This document shows, piece after piece, positions 44,141 through 53,847 of a stretch of 64,000 nt of DNA. Location: IMG/VR virus record IMGVR_UViG_3300037423_001636, positions 13,169-77,168 of that record, one strand, 5' to 3'. Under the pieces are notes generated by a model that was not told the DNA's origin, searched no databases, and saw only the letters and a list, made by a program, of their open reading frames with translations. The position numbers were made by a program, and so were the translations under genes. This DNA is from a virus. Lineage: Duplodnaviria; Heunggongvirae; Uroviricota; Caudoviricetes. Positions within the stretch are counted from its first letter, which is position 1. Every line of letters begins with the position of its first letter.

Positions 44141-45277
44141 ATGCATAAAAACAATTACAGTTTAGAAGTCTTGGTCAAGGGAAAACCCGTCCAAGAGTTC
44201 ATCCATGAAAGTAAGAGTTTTATTGAGGCGCGCGAGAATACAGAATATACTCTCCGCTTTCGAAACAACAGCTGGAAAAAAGTAATGGCCATCTTCTCCG
44301 TGGACGGAGTTGAGGTCTTGAAAGGCAAGGTTGCCGCTAATGCCGAGAATGGCTACATCGTGCAGCCCTTTTCGTCCATAGAGGTCAAGGGTTATCGCAT
44401 TGACGATAAAACCGTGGCCGCGTTCAAGTTTTCGCGAGGCCCGCAAAGCTATGCAGTAGTCGTCGGTGGGGAAACGAACGAGCCCGAAGGCGACCCGGCA
44501 CTAGGCGTTTTCAAACATGACAAGACGGACCGCAACAACGGTGTCATTGGCGTACGAGTGTTTGAGGAGGATGTGGCGGAAAAGGATTATGCCGCAGCCT
44601 ACAAACAGCTACCAGTCGCGACTTATACGACTTCCTCATCCGGCGGGGGGCTCACTTGGTCTGGCACTGGGTCCAATGGTATTTTTACCAGCGGTTGTAG
44701 TCCAAGCAGCTTCACTGTAAACGTGACTGGCTCCGCAGGCATGTTTAGCGTTAGTAACGGCGGCACTTATGCCTCCAGCGGGCCGCGGGCGCGGACCATA
44801 TATCAGTGTAATAGCACATTTACGGGACCAGCATTTGCAAATGGCGGTGAGGTTACCACGTCCCGCACGGACATCAATCAGTTCGGCAAACTAGATAGGG
44901 TTGAAGATCTGATCTGCGAAGGTCCTATATACGGAGCCACTATCAGCAGCTCGGTCAGCATCTACAATCTATCCTGCACGGGCGTACATACGACATATGG
45001 CGTGTCCAATCCTGCCGCAGCAGCGCCGGCTTTCGACATGGGTAGTAGCTGGGGCGGTAAAGTAGAAGACAAGATTCGCGAGGTTCAGTTCAAGAGAGTC
45101 GATTCGTTCACGGAGATTGTCCTATTCTACGCTTCGAAACCTTCGTTGATAAGCTGGGGGATCGATTTCAGCAACACCAAGGAGGTTTTTGCGTGGCCTT
45201 CCGCCTTTGAGGACCGCAAGCAGTATTGCAAGGCTCCTCCGGGGTGGACGGGACAGGGTAAGGGAGGTGGAAAATGA
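44141..45277 (+). CDS. conserved hypothetical protein
   Basis: Y.LR.RNN...V...SVDG..V..GYIV...I.G.R, NGVIGVRVFEE. Confidence 0.75.
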   Translation: MHKNNYSLEVLVKGKPVQEFIHESKSFIEARENTEYTLRFRNNSWKKVMAIFSVDGVEVLKGKVAANAENGYIVQPFSSIEVKGYRIDDKTVAAFKFSRGPQSYAVVVGGETNEPEGDPALGVFKHDKTDRNNGVIGVRVFEEDVAEKDYAAAYKQLPVATYTTSSSGGGLTWSGTGSNGIFTSGCSPSSFTVNVTGSAGMFSVSNGGTYASSGPRARTIYQCNSTFTGPAFANGGEVTTSRTDINQFGKLDRVEDLICEGPIYGATISSSVSIYNLSCTGVHTTYGVSNPAAAAPAFDMGSSWGGKVEDKIREVQFKRVDSFTEIVLFYASKPSLISWGIDFSNTKEVFAWPSAFEDRKQYCKAPPGWTGQGKGGGK

Positions 45278-45807
45278 GACCCAAACTGTACACGCTTATT
45301 CTGGACCGCTCTGGTTCGATGCAGTCAATCTGGAGCGAAATCACTGCTACAGTCAATGATCATATGGAGACCAAGGCAGCTGGCGCGCTGACTTCGCTCC
45401 TTCTGTTCGATACGGATGGACTGGATTTTCTATTCAAGTATACGAATCCGACCCTGCTGGACAAAACCACGTTCCAGCCGCGAGGTGGAACTCCGTTAAG
45501 AGATGCCGTCATGTATGCCGTGGAGACCATGAGCAGGGATTGGAACGATACTCTGAGAGACATGGAGGTGGAAATCACCGTGTTTACCGATGGCGAAGAG
45601 AATTCTAGCAAATTCTGGTCCTCTCAGGACGTGGCCCGTACCATCACCCACTTCCAAGACGCCTACGGTTGGAAGGTCTCGTTTATCGGGGCTGGTGAGA
45701 AGACTGACGTGGCGAGCTACGCGAGTCAGTTTGGAATCAAGTCCGAAAACGTCATAAGCTACTCCGCTCCGGAACAGCTGGCCGCCGCCTTCGCCCAAAC
45801 CTGCTAA
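45274..45807 (+). CDS. von Willebrand factor A domain protein
   Basis: MIDAS DRSGSM, GGTPLRDA, FTDGEENSS. Confidence 0.9.
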   Translation: MRPKLYTLILDRSGSMQSIWSEITATVNDHMETKAAGALTSLLLFDTDGLDFLFKYTNPTLLDKTTFQPRGGTPLRDAVMYAVETMSRDWNDTLRDMEVEITVFTDGEENSSKFWSSQDVARTITHFQDAYGWKVSFIGAGEKTDVASYASQFGIKSENVISYSAPEQLAAAFAQTC

Positions 45808-45843
45808 TCTCCGTACAACTATCCAGTCGCACGGTGTAATTAA

Positions 45844-46149
45844 GTGTGTCAAACCCACACCGCCGTGCTTCTTGGCATCGCAGCAGAGTTATCCGCCCCA
45901 CCCTCCAGCCCGACCAGCTTTCGGGAATTAACAATGATTGCCAAAGCCGTGCGCGGCTACGATGTGATCGCAATTAGTCCCGAAGAAATGGTGAGTCTAT
46001 ACGCTAAGTGGTTTAGAGTATACGGGCTATTTGATTACGTAGACGATATCCTGAAACCCGGAGAAGAGGAGCTGACGGTCGAAGTTGATGGCGGACCCGG
46101 AGCGCGGCTCACCGTTCACAACGTGCAGATTGTGATTGGTCTTATTTAG
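45844..46149 (+). CDS. hypothetical protein
   Basis: After GTGTAA motif; GLFDYVDDIL. Confidence 0.6.
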   Translation: MCQTHTAVLLGIAAELSAPPSSPTSFRELTMIAKAVRGYDVIAISPEEMVSLYAKWFRVYGLFDYVDDILKPGEEELTVEVDGGPGARLTVHNVQIVIGLI

Positions 46150-46708
46150 ATTCGTAGGCTTCCCACAGCCGTCGAACGTCTCGGTGGAACCTCAGATGAG
46201 CCCGCTGATATGTGGACCCAAGTCTCGCCGCGATCTGGTAGAAGCTCATGCCATCTCGCACGCGCCAGTCGAAAACCCGCCGGTCAGCTCGGTTGAGCGT
46301 GTTTCTAAAGTCTTCTATATCAGAAGGTGGCCAAGATTGGTCGTCCACAATATCTGGCTCCACTACCGTAATCTCCTCACCCCAACGGCTAGTCTGCACG
46401 ACCTTCGTCCTTATCGGTCGCGCTAGCAACAGATTGGTGCGCCAGCGGTGGCTCTTGACCCCGCGGGCCGGAAGACTACGACGCAGCGAGTTGAAGACGG
46501 AGTTGCGGACTATTGTAAATACCCAACTAAACAGCTTGCCGCGATCTTTATCGAACTGGCCGCGCTTCTCAAACACGCGAATAATGGCTTCAGAGCGGAT
46601 ATCTTCCCATTCTTGGGACGGCAGTTTTACATCGAGTAGCCGGCGTTGCATGGCACCGAAACAACGGGCAGCCATGGAAAACAGCTCTTGATCGTTTGTG
46701 CTGCTCAT
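46142..46708 (-). CDS. sigma70/ECF-like RNA polymerase sigma factor
   Basis: Region 2 EDI.SEA.IRV....QFD..RG.L.SW.FTI.RN; region 4 LN..DR.VF....GMS..QIA.RLG. Confidence 0.8.
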   Translation of the reverse strand: MSSTNDQELFSMAARCFGAMQRRLLDVKLPSQEWEDIRSEAIIRVFEKRGQFDKDRGKLFSWVFTIVRNSVFNSLRRSLPARGVKSHRWRTNLLLARPIRTKVVQTSRWGEEITVVEPDIVDDQSWPPSDIEDFRNTLNRADRRVFDWRVRDGMSFYQIAARLGSTYQRAHLRFHRDVRRLWEAYESK

Positions 46709-47040
46709 GCGCCACTCTTCTTCACCAGCTTGGCAAACCATGTGATGTTCTCGCAGCACCAGTTCCAGTAGCCCGCGTCATGCTTCTTGACCCAATCCCA
46801 CTCTTTATTTTTGTGCTTCCCAAATGACATGACCCGCTTTCCTCCAGCCGTGATCGGCGTAGCGCTCCCCGTTCCTTTCAACGCTTCCTCTGCCGTGATA
46901 CGCTCCACTCCATTCTTACCTTCTTTTAAATCTTCAGCAGTAATCCTCGGCCCCTTTTTCCACTCGTCTGACTTCGGGCGCGCTTTGTCGGCCATGAATA
47001 GCCGAGCGGATTCACGGGCGGCTGGGTGGAGGTCAGGCAT
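46705..47040 (-). CDS. DUF3820-like (FGKHK) domain protein
   Basis: MSFGKHKNK.W.WV...D.GY..W. Confidence 0.65.
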   Translation of the reverse strand: MPDLHPAARESARLFMADKARPKSDEWKKGPRITAEDLKEGKNGVERITAEEALKGTGSATPITAGGKRVMSFGKHKNKEWDWVKKHDAGYWNWCCENITWFAKLVKKSGA

Positions 47041-47764
47041 GAAATATCGCTGAAACGGGGAATGGCCGAGCCCAAATTGCCGAATAGCCGCCCCATCGAT
47101 TCGTGAATTCATTCAGCTCTACCCAAGTCTCCAGCGGGCGGGAACGGCTAGAATCGCCGATTAGGACGTGTCCTTCATAGTGCCCCAGCCCTGCTTTCTT
47201 TCGCTCCTCGGACTCACCCTCCAAACTGTGGATATAGCGCCAACCGCAGATCATGACCCAATGATCGGTCGTGCCCCAAGTGCGAATGGGAGCGTCTTCG
47301 GGGTAGCCGCCATGCTTGACCTGAGCGATACCATAGTATCCAGCATTCAACATTGCGCGACAGTACTCACGCCAAGCGAACTGTGCTCGTAGACCAAACG
47401 GGACATCACGCCCATAGTCTGAATCCAGCCAGACCGGCACATCACTAATCACATGATCGAGCAGAACTGGAATATCGTTACACCCGCCACGACAACCTGT
47501 GTCCGACGCCAAAAGGTCCAGTGTGCGCACCATAGACTGACGGCAAAACGAGGACCGCTTCTCGACCGGCTTGCCGCCATAATACTCGCCCGCTTGGTGG
47601 AGTTCATCGTAGACACGCTCGACTGTCCAGCCGGCATCGTGGCCACCGAGCAGGCCACCTACGACTAATGCCCCGCAATCCCCGCCGGGAAAAATGCATG
47701 GGGTTTGCTGCTTGATGGGACGACGTGGCAGAATTACCTGTTTTTGGACCGTTACGTCACTCAT
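47033..47764 (-). CDS. peptidase C39-like protein
   Basis: Q....DCGA...HWVMICG...LIGDS catalytic pattern. Confidence 0.6.
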   Translation of the reverse strand: MSDVTVQKQVILPRRPIKQQTPCIFPGGDCGALVVGGLLGGHDAGWTVERVYDELHQAGEYYGGKPVEKRSSFCRQSMVRTLDLLASDTGCRGGCNDIPVLLDHVISDVPVWLDSDYGRDVPFGLRAQFAWREYCRAMLNAGYYGIAQVKHGGYPEDAPIRTWGTTDHWVMICGWRYIHSLEGESEERKKAGLGHYEGHVLIGDSSRSRPLETWVELNEFTNRWGGYSAIWARPFPVSAIFHA

Positions 47765-48000
47765 TTCGCAGTTGGCTCCGGTTTATACACGCCGCCCCTC
47801 TGATACCACGCATCTATATGCCCCTGACACGCATGAATCCATTCACATTCCGTGAAATCCTCATTACACTCCTCATCAATCACTTCGACATCGCCCCAAC
47901 ATGGCTCAGCCGGATTGGCCCGCCAATAGGCGAAGCAGTCGCTGCCACAGCAAGCCTTAGGATTATACGAAGCGGAACAGACGGGCTTGAACTCGCTCAT
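47761..48000 (-). CDS. Cys-rich hypothetical protein
   Basis: EPCWG.V..IHACQGH; ATGA-coupled. Confidence 0.6.
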   Translation of the reverse strand: MSEFKPVCSASYNPKACCGSDCFAYWRANPAEPCWGDVEVIDEECNEDFTECEWIHACQGHIDAWYQRGGVYKPEPTAK

Positions 48001-48209
48001 GTTGAAAACGCCGGCTTCTCATCCAGCAGTTCCGTCTCATAGTGCTGACATTCCTCATGATCAGACCATGTGACGTAATACACAATGTGATATTGTCCGT
48101 CGGACCCGGGCCGGAGAAGAATTCCTGTTATTATTCCAGCCCATTCGTGATTAGCGCGAGCATAAACGAGCTGGCCGAGGTAGAATGTGGTGGAAACAGT
48201 CAGCTCCAT
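47997..48209 (-). CDS. small SH3-like hypothetical protein
   Basis: F.LGQ.VY...GIITG..Y.V.W...YETEL. Confidence 0.6.
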   Translation of the reverse strand: MELTVSTTFYLGQLVYARANHEWAGIITGILLRPGSDGQYHIVYYVTWSDHEECQHYETELLDEKPAFST

Positions 48210-48369
48210 AGATAGAATGTCATTTAACTGAGTAAGCCGCGTGGAATACTGGACATAACTAGAGCGTCATGACACTGGGAATTGCGTCAAGAGAAAAACG
48301 CCAATCCGTGACATTCTACACAACCACCCGCCGGCCGCGTGTAAATTGTAGCAGTCAGTTCAATATTCT

Positions 48370-49155
48370 ATGGCCAAAAAGCACTCGAAGAAAGTGGCGA
48401 CCGAAGTTTCGGTCGAGAATGGCGTCGCAACTGGAGATTCGTCTCCGCATATCCATCAGCGGGATAAGATAGGATTCCAGCTAAGCATCAGAGAGCGTGA
48501 CGACCTAACCGAAAAGCAGAAGCGACTGATAGATCTTATTTTAGACAAGAACACTAGGGTTGTTTTCGTTAATGGGCCGGCAGGTACGTCTAAGACATGG
48601 GTGGCGATCTATTGCGCCCTGCATCTCCTTAAAAAACGGGCTGTGTCCGATCTTTTGTATGTCCGCTCTCTGGCCGAATCCGCTTCCAAGTCCTTCGGTA
48701 CACTACCCGGAGACTTGGGGCCGAAACTCCAGCCATTTCTCATGCCTCTTCAAGACAAGCTGGATGAACTGCTTCCTAGAGGTGAGGTAGACAAACTGCT
48801 TAAAGACGAGCGAGCGACAGGGATGCCCATCAACTTCCTAAGAGGCTCATCGTTTAACGCCAAGGTGATTATAGCAGATGAAGCGCAGAATTTTGATTTC
48901 AAGGAACTCACGACACTCATCACTCGCCTTGGTCAGTTTTCCAAGATGCTCATAATCGGTGATTCACGTCAATCCGACCTGCACGGGCGGAGCGGGTTCA
49001 CGCAGTTTTATCAAACCTTCGACGACGATGACTCTCGCCAACGAGGCATTCACTGCTTCTCTTTCACTAAAGAAGACATCGTAAGATCGGGCATTTTGGG
49101 CTACATAGTAGATCGAATCGAGTCAGCAAATCAATCGCCATCCAAACCTGTCTAA
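48370..49155 (+). CDS. phoH: PhoH-like ATPase
   Basis: GPAGTSKT, LPGD, FLRG.SF, DEAQN, TRLG, GD..QSDL, DIVRS. Confidence 0.95.
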   Translation: MAKKHSKKVATEVSVENGVATGDSSPHIHQRDKIGFQLSIRERDDLTEKQKRLIDLILDKNTRVVFVNGPAGTSKTWVAIYCALHLLKKRAVSDLLYVRSLAESASKSFGTLPGDLGPKLQPFLMPLQDKLDELLPRGEVDKLLKDERATGMPINFLRGSSFNAKVIIADEAQNFDFKELTTLITRLGQFSKMLIIGDSRQSDLHGRSGFTQFYQTFDDDDSRQRGIHCFSFTKEDIVRSGILGYIVDRIESANQSPSKPV

Positions 49156-49197
49156 ATTGTCAGGTTTCTTGTGTAAATTCATGGGTATACTCTGCCC

Positions 49198-49524
49198 ATG
49201 CAAAACGGATCACTCTCCTTAGTCCGCGGCGACGACGTGGATGTTGGATTACAGATTAATAATCCCGACCAAACCGCTTACAATTTAAGTGGTTGCGCAC
49301 TCACTTTTACGGCTCGTCAGAACGCGTTTTTCTCCACGGTGCTCTTGACCAAAACGGTCACGCAACACCTCAGCAATACTGGGGGCACCTCTCAATTCAG
49401 TTTCGTCCCCGCCGACACTCTTTCCATGGACGATACGACTCACTATTTCGACATCAAGCTCACCTCGGCCTCCGGCAAGATCAGCACGCTCATGTATGGG
49501 GATCTTACGATCCGACCAACGTAA
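49198..49524 (+). CDS. Ig-like virion protein (BppU N-terminal-like)
   Basis: RGD....NLSG..L.F...P.DT....YFDI.L....G. Confidence 0.65.
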   Translation: MQNGSLSLVRGDDVDVGLQINNPDQTAYNLSGCALTFTARQNAFFSTVLLTKTVTQHLSNTGGTSQFSFVPADTLSMDDTTHYFDIKLTSASGKISTLMYGDLTIRPT

Positions 49525-49536
49525 TTTCATGCCTTC

Positions 49537-49983
49537 ATGTCGGACTGTCCCTCACTCACTCTTACCGTAGCGCAAGCGCCAGTCGCCACGCTTAACGTCG
49601 CGGCGTCGCCAAGCCTCTCGTTTTATGCCGCGAATCAGGTGCCGGGGCTATCGCTTGCGTTGACTGCGGCTGAGACACTTTCTGATTCCAGTTTCGTTAG
49701 TATAACGTCCGTGGGTGTAAAAATGGCATCATCGTTCCCGGCGCTTCCGGCCCACGCCTTCATTCGAAACGCGGCAGCTTCGGGCAGCTCCGTATATGTC
49801 CAAGTTAATGGACTACTCAACGGTCTCGCCGGATTGTCGGTTGGTACGCCCTATTTTCTCAGTGATGTTGCGGGGGGAGTTTCTGTAACCTCACCAGCAT
49901 CTGGAACCTGCCAACGAGTTGGTACTGCCGTAGCGACTGACACTATTCTTGTGCAGATCGAGCCTCCGACCTATCTCGCATGA
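49537..49983 (+). CDS. virion decoration/cement-like protein
   Basis: GL..G.PYFLS...G..S.T.P....QRVG.A. Confidence 0.6.
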   Translation: MSDCPSLTLTVAQAPVATLNVAASPSLSFYAANQVPGLSLALTAAETLSDSSFVSITSVGVKMASSFPALPAHAFIRNAAASGSSVYVQVNGLLNGLAGLSVGTPYFLSDVAGGVSVTSPASGTCQRVGTAVATDTILVQIEPPTYLA

Positions 49984-52712
49984 GCCAGCGCAACGCACTC
50001 GTCCTCATCTCTGGCAGGTTCTACGAACTCCCAGTTGGAGATACGCTTATCGGCACCGTTGGAACCGGACAATCCGGGCAATTCGCCAGCGTTACCGCGC
50101 TCAATGCCAGCGGCGCGAACCTACTCTCTCAGATTGCCGCGTCGGCAGCCGGCGTCTCGACTTTGAACTCGCTCAGTGGGGCCTTGACTTTGGCTGGCGG
50201 AGGAAATGTGACGGTCTCATATCAAGGTCAAACGATTTTTGTTTCTGGAGACACTGGAGACTACGCCGCCTTCGCCCTAAGAATCGATTTGTCTTCAACC
50301 GGGGCCGCTATCAACGACCAGATTGGTTCTTTGTCAGGTTGGGCGGAAAGTGCAGACAGCCTACAGACCAGCAATAGTGTCAATCTGTCTGGCAATCTCA
50401 CTCAAACCGGCGTATCTCTATATCAACGAGACATCGACATCAGTGGTTCGCTTGCAGCTCAAATCGCTGGCGGCAATGGAACCGCGGTTAAAGTCACCGG
50501 CTCTGCAACATTGACCGCGGCGAGTCTCACTGGAATAGGCGGCACAATCGTTTATCTGGACGGTGGGATAGTGTACGTTAGCGGGGGCGGTGGGGGCAAT
50601 GGCGACGTAACGAGTGTCCAGCTCGCTAGCACGGGCCAGCAGGCATGGACTTCTGCCAACAATAATGGCGTCAATCTGTCCGGTAATCTCGCTTCCACCG
50701 GAGCTGTGTTGGGCGCAAGAACGGACTCGCTTTCGGGTTGGACGGCTAGCGCTGCAAATCTCACGACTACCGGATCTATGCTTGACGCCCGCATTAACAC
50801 GGTATCAACGAACCTGCAAGGCACAGGGCTCAGTCTATATTCTCTTGTCACCAATCTTAGCGGTCAATCCGACACCAACTACGCGACCAAAACAGTACTC
50901 GCCGCCACGGGCTCCAATCTATACGCGCTCACCACGTCGCTTTCTGGTCAAGCGGATACGAATTACGCCACAAAAACGAGTCTGGCATCAAGCGGTCAAC
51001 AGGCATGGTTGGCGGCGCAGAACAACGCGTTGAATATTTCCGGGAATTTGGCTCAGACCGGCGTGATACTGGGGACTCGCATCGATACCGTCATCGCCAA
51101 CGTCCAGTCCACCGGCTCCTCTCTCTATTCTACACTCACGAGCCTTTCGGGACAGGCTGATACCAACTACGCCACAAGAATCAACGTTACAACAACTGGC
51201 GTTAATCTCGGGACTCGCATTGATACGATCACAACCAATCTAACGTCGTCTGGAGCGTCACTTGGGGCAAAAGTGGATAGCTTGTCGGGTTGGTCGGCTT
51301 CCACGGTAAATCTGGGGACCACGGGAGCAACCCTCTTTCAACGAGATATAGACATTAGCGGAGCACTGGCTTCACAGATTGCCGGTGGGAATGGGACGGT
51401 TGTAAAAGTCACTGGTTCCAGCACGCTTGCCACGGCCAACTTCACCGGCATCGGCGGGACAATCGTATACATTGACGCCGGCATTGTGTATGTCAGTGGT
51501 GGAGGCGGTGGCGGAGCGGGGGATGTAACCTCAGCACAACTTGCAAACACGGGTCAACAGGCTTGGGTCGCCGCAGACAACAACGGCATCAATCTGTCTG
51601 GTAATATGGCTGTCACTGGAGCCACTTTAGGAGCACGGGTTAACACGACTAATACGAATTTACAATCGACCGGCTCTTCTCTCTACTCGTTTATCACGGC
51701 GGCAAGCGGACAAGCCGATACGAATTATGCTACGAAGACTGCGCTGGCTAACACGGGACAGCAAGCGTGGACTACAGCTAACAGCAGCGCGACGACCATC
51801 TCTGGAAACCTAGCACAAACAGGGGCTGACCTTTTTGCGCGCGATGCAAGCATCAGCGGGGCATTAAACACCAAGCTCGGCACTCAAGCAGCGGGGCAGA
51901 TTATCTACAATGCCGGAAACCTTGCTGGAGACACAGCGCTGACGTGGGACTCTGTAAATGAGGTCTTCAACATCGGTCAGGCCACCGCATTTACCACAAA
52001 CCCTCTGACGGTGGCGGCGAGCGGCGACATCTCTGCACAGATTACTCTCCAGAATTTATCCAGCGGCAGCGGAGCCTCCTCGGATTTCGTGGCGACGGCG
52101 GACAACGGCACCGACACGATTAATTACGTCAATATCGGCATCAACAGCTCCAACTACAATCAGACTGGCTACTCCATCGGTGGCGCGCTGGCGGGCTATC
52201 TCTACTGCAACGGTGGAGATCTCACGATCGGCACCCAGACGCCCGGCAAAGTCATCAAATTCCACACCTCTGGCACAACCGCGGGTCAATTACGCGCCAC
52301 GATTGACAATAGCGGCATCAACTTGCCGGCGGGACATTCCCTGCGCATCAACGGTCAGGTGCCTCAGTTTACCAAGGGTGGAGTGTTCTACAACTCAGAC
52401 GGTTTAGCCAGCGGTATTCAACGCACCATCGTGTGGACTGCGCCGTTCTCCTGCACAGCCACCAACGTTCGTGGGTTCGTAGTCAATGTCAGCGGCAATG
52501 CGTCTCCGACCAGCGCCACCATCAATGCGGTAAAAAATGCTGCGAATCTGCTTTCGTCGGACTTCATCGTTACGGGCAGCGGTATCTGGATGAACAGCGG
52601 CACCTTGCAGAACAGCTCTTTTGTGGTCGGCGATTCTCTCTGGCTTAACATATCGAACGCGGTAAACGGGCCGGCATCCGTGGCTATACAGGTGGATTTC
52701 ACTAAGCCGTAA
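49980..52712 (+). CDS. repetitive fibre-like structural protein (910 aa)
   Basis: G/S/T-rich, repeated LSGQADTNYATK and LxxTG units, internal duplication. Confidence 0.8.
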   Translation: MSQRNALVLISGRFYELPVGDTLIGTVGTGQSGQFASVTALNASGANLLSQIAASAAGVSTLNSLSGALTLAGGGNVTVSYQGQTIFVSGDTGDYAAFALRIDLSSTGAAINDQIGSLSGWAESADSLQTSNSVNLSGNLTQTGVSLYQRDIDISGSLAAQIAGGNGTAVKVTGSATLTAASLTGIGGTIVYLDGGIVYVSGGGGGNGDVTSVQLASTGQQAWTSANNNGVNLSGNLASTGAVLGARTDSLSGWTASAANLTTTGSMLDARINTVSTNLQGTGLSLYSLVTNLSGQSDTNYATKTVLAATGSNLYALTTSLSGQADTNYATKTSLASSGQQAWLAAQNNALNISGNLAQTGVILGTRIDTVIANVQSTGSSLYSTLTSLSGQADTNYATRINVTTTGVNLGTRIDTITTNLTSSGASLGAKVDSLSGWSASTVNLGTTGATLFQRDIDISGALASQIAGGNGTVVKVTGSSTLATANFTGIGGTIVYIDAGIVYVSGGGGGGAGDVTSAQLANTGQQAWVAADNNGINLSGNMAVTGATLGARVNTTNTNLQSTGSSLYSFITAASGQADTNYATKTALANTGQQAWTTANSSATTISGNLAQTGADLFARDASISGALNTKLGTQAAGQIIYNAGNLAGDTALTWDSVNEVFNIGQATAFTTNPLTVAASGDISAQITLQNLSSGSGASSDFVATADNGTDTINYVNIGINSSNYNQTGYSIGGALAGYLYCNGGDLTIGTQTPGKVIKFHTSGTTAGQLRATIDNSGINLPAGHSLRINGQVPQFTKGGVFYNSDGLASGIQRTIVWTAPFSCTATNVRGFVVNVSGNASPTSATINAVKNAANLLSSDFIVTGSGIWMNSGTLQNSSFVVGDSLWLNISNAVNGPASVAIQVDFTKP

Positions 52713-52716
52713 TCAC

Positions 52717-53406
52717 ATGGCGACTCGTCTCTACTTCTCGAATTTTCGCGCTTCGGTCGCCCCAGCTTTCTCTGGAGCGTGGAGTGGCACGGCGCTAGCC
52801 TCTAGATATATCCTCAATCCATTCAAGGACGCCATGGCGGTGACGGTCGGCTCCACAATTGATCTCAATGCTTTGGCGAACCGCTTTGAGCTGGATCGTC
52901 AATATATTAGCCCGGGACTGAACGGTAATCAGACAATCAGCGGGCTCTGTTCTGGCCAGATCATGGTCCGCGAGTTTGCCACGACGGACGATGTGAATCA
53001 AGTGAGAGTGTGTGCCAAGGTAGTCTCAAACAACGGGGCCACCGTGCGGGGCACCCTTCTCAATTTCGCGAACTATGGTCCCACGCTGGAATTCATTAAT
53101 AACGCTTCGCTTAGGAACAAGACTATCGTCAGCGGTAATGGCAACGTCTCGGTTGGTACAATCAACGCGCTTGACGGCGATCGGATTGTGGTGGAGCTGG
53201 GTTATAATGCGACCGCGGGAGGCACCACCCCGCAAGCGGCGGCAGGCTACGGCGGGGGCGGCAGATTTGCGGCAGACTTACCCATCGACGAGACAACTAC
53301 CACGTCCATGGCGGGCTGGTTCGATCTCGGCTCGGTGAATCTGAAATTCCGACGGACTCAGTTTACGGAGATGAGTGATGAAGAGGGCTTGAGCTTCACA
53401 TCGTAG
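52717..53406 (+). CDS. putative virion protein
   Basis: MATRLYF..GDRIVVELG; within structural module. Confidence 0.7.
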   Translation: MATRLYFSNFRASVAPAFSGAWSGTALASRYILNPFKDAMAVTVGSTIDLNALANRFELDRQYISPGLNGNQTISGLCSGQIMVREFATTDDVNQVRVCAKVVSNNGATVRGTLLNFANYGPTLEFINNASLRNKTIVSGNGNVSVGTINALDGDRIVVELGYNATAGGTTPQAAAGYGGGGRFAADLPIDETTTTSMAGWFDLGSVNLKFRRTQFTEMSDEEGLSFTS

Positions 53407-53482
53407 GGCGGCGCAAGTTAGGTCGAATCATGTGTAAACACGGGTGACCGACGCACTCACGCGACGACCCAACTTCGTTTCC

Positions 53483-53716
53483 ATGGCAACCCTTATCAAT
53501 CCTCTCACGGCAAATTTCACCATCCTCACCTCTGGCCAGTTCCAGATCCCGGCTGGCTCGGCTCTATTAAACATCACTGCTGTATCGGGCGGGTTCTACG
53601 TCAACGGGACCGGCCCATTCTGCCCTCCCACCGCGTTTTTCAGTAACGTAACCACTCTACTACCTCTGAACGTGGGCTGCACAGGCGGCAATACGGCCAT
53701 ATTCTACCAGAAATAA
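53483..53716 (+). CDS. hypothetical structural protein
   Basis: After GTGTAA motif. Confidence 0.55.
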   Translation: MATLINPLTANFTILTSGQFQIPAGSALLNITAVSGGFYVNGTGPFCPPTAFFSNVTTLLPLNVGCTGGNTAIFYQK

Positions 53717-53847
53717 CGTAAACCGGAGCGGTTTACGGTGTAAAAAGAGGAGTATGGAGAGGCATGGAAAGCATAAAGGACAGGGTATAACAATCTCGCG
53801 GTCCCGCCGACCAATCCCGGGGCGGCGACGTAACTTTTTGACAAACA

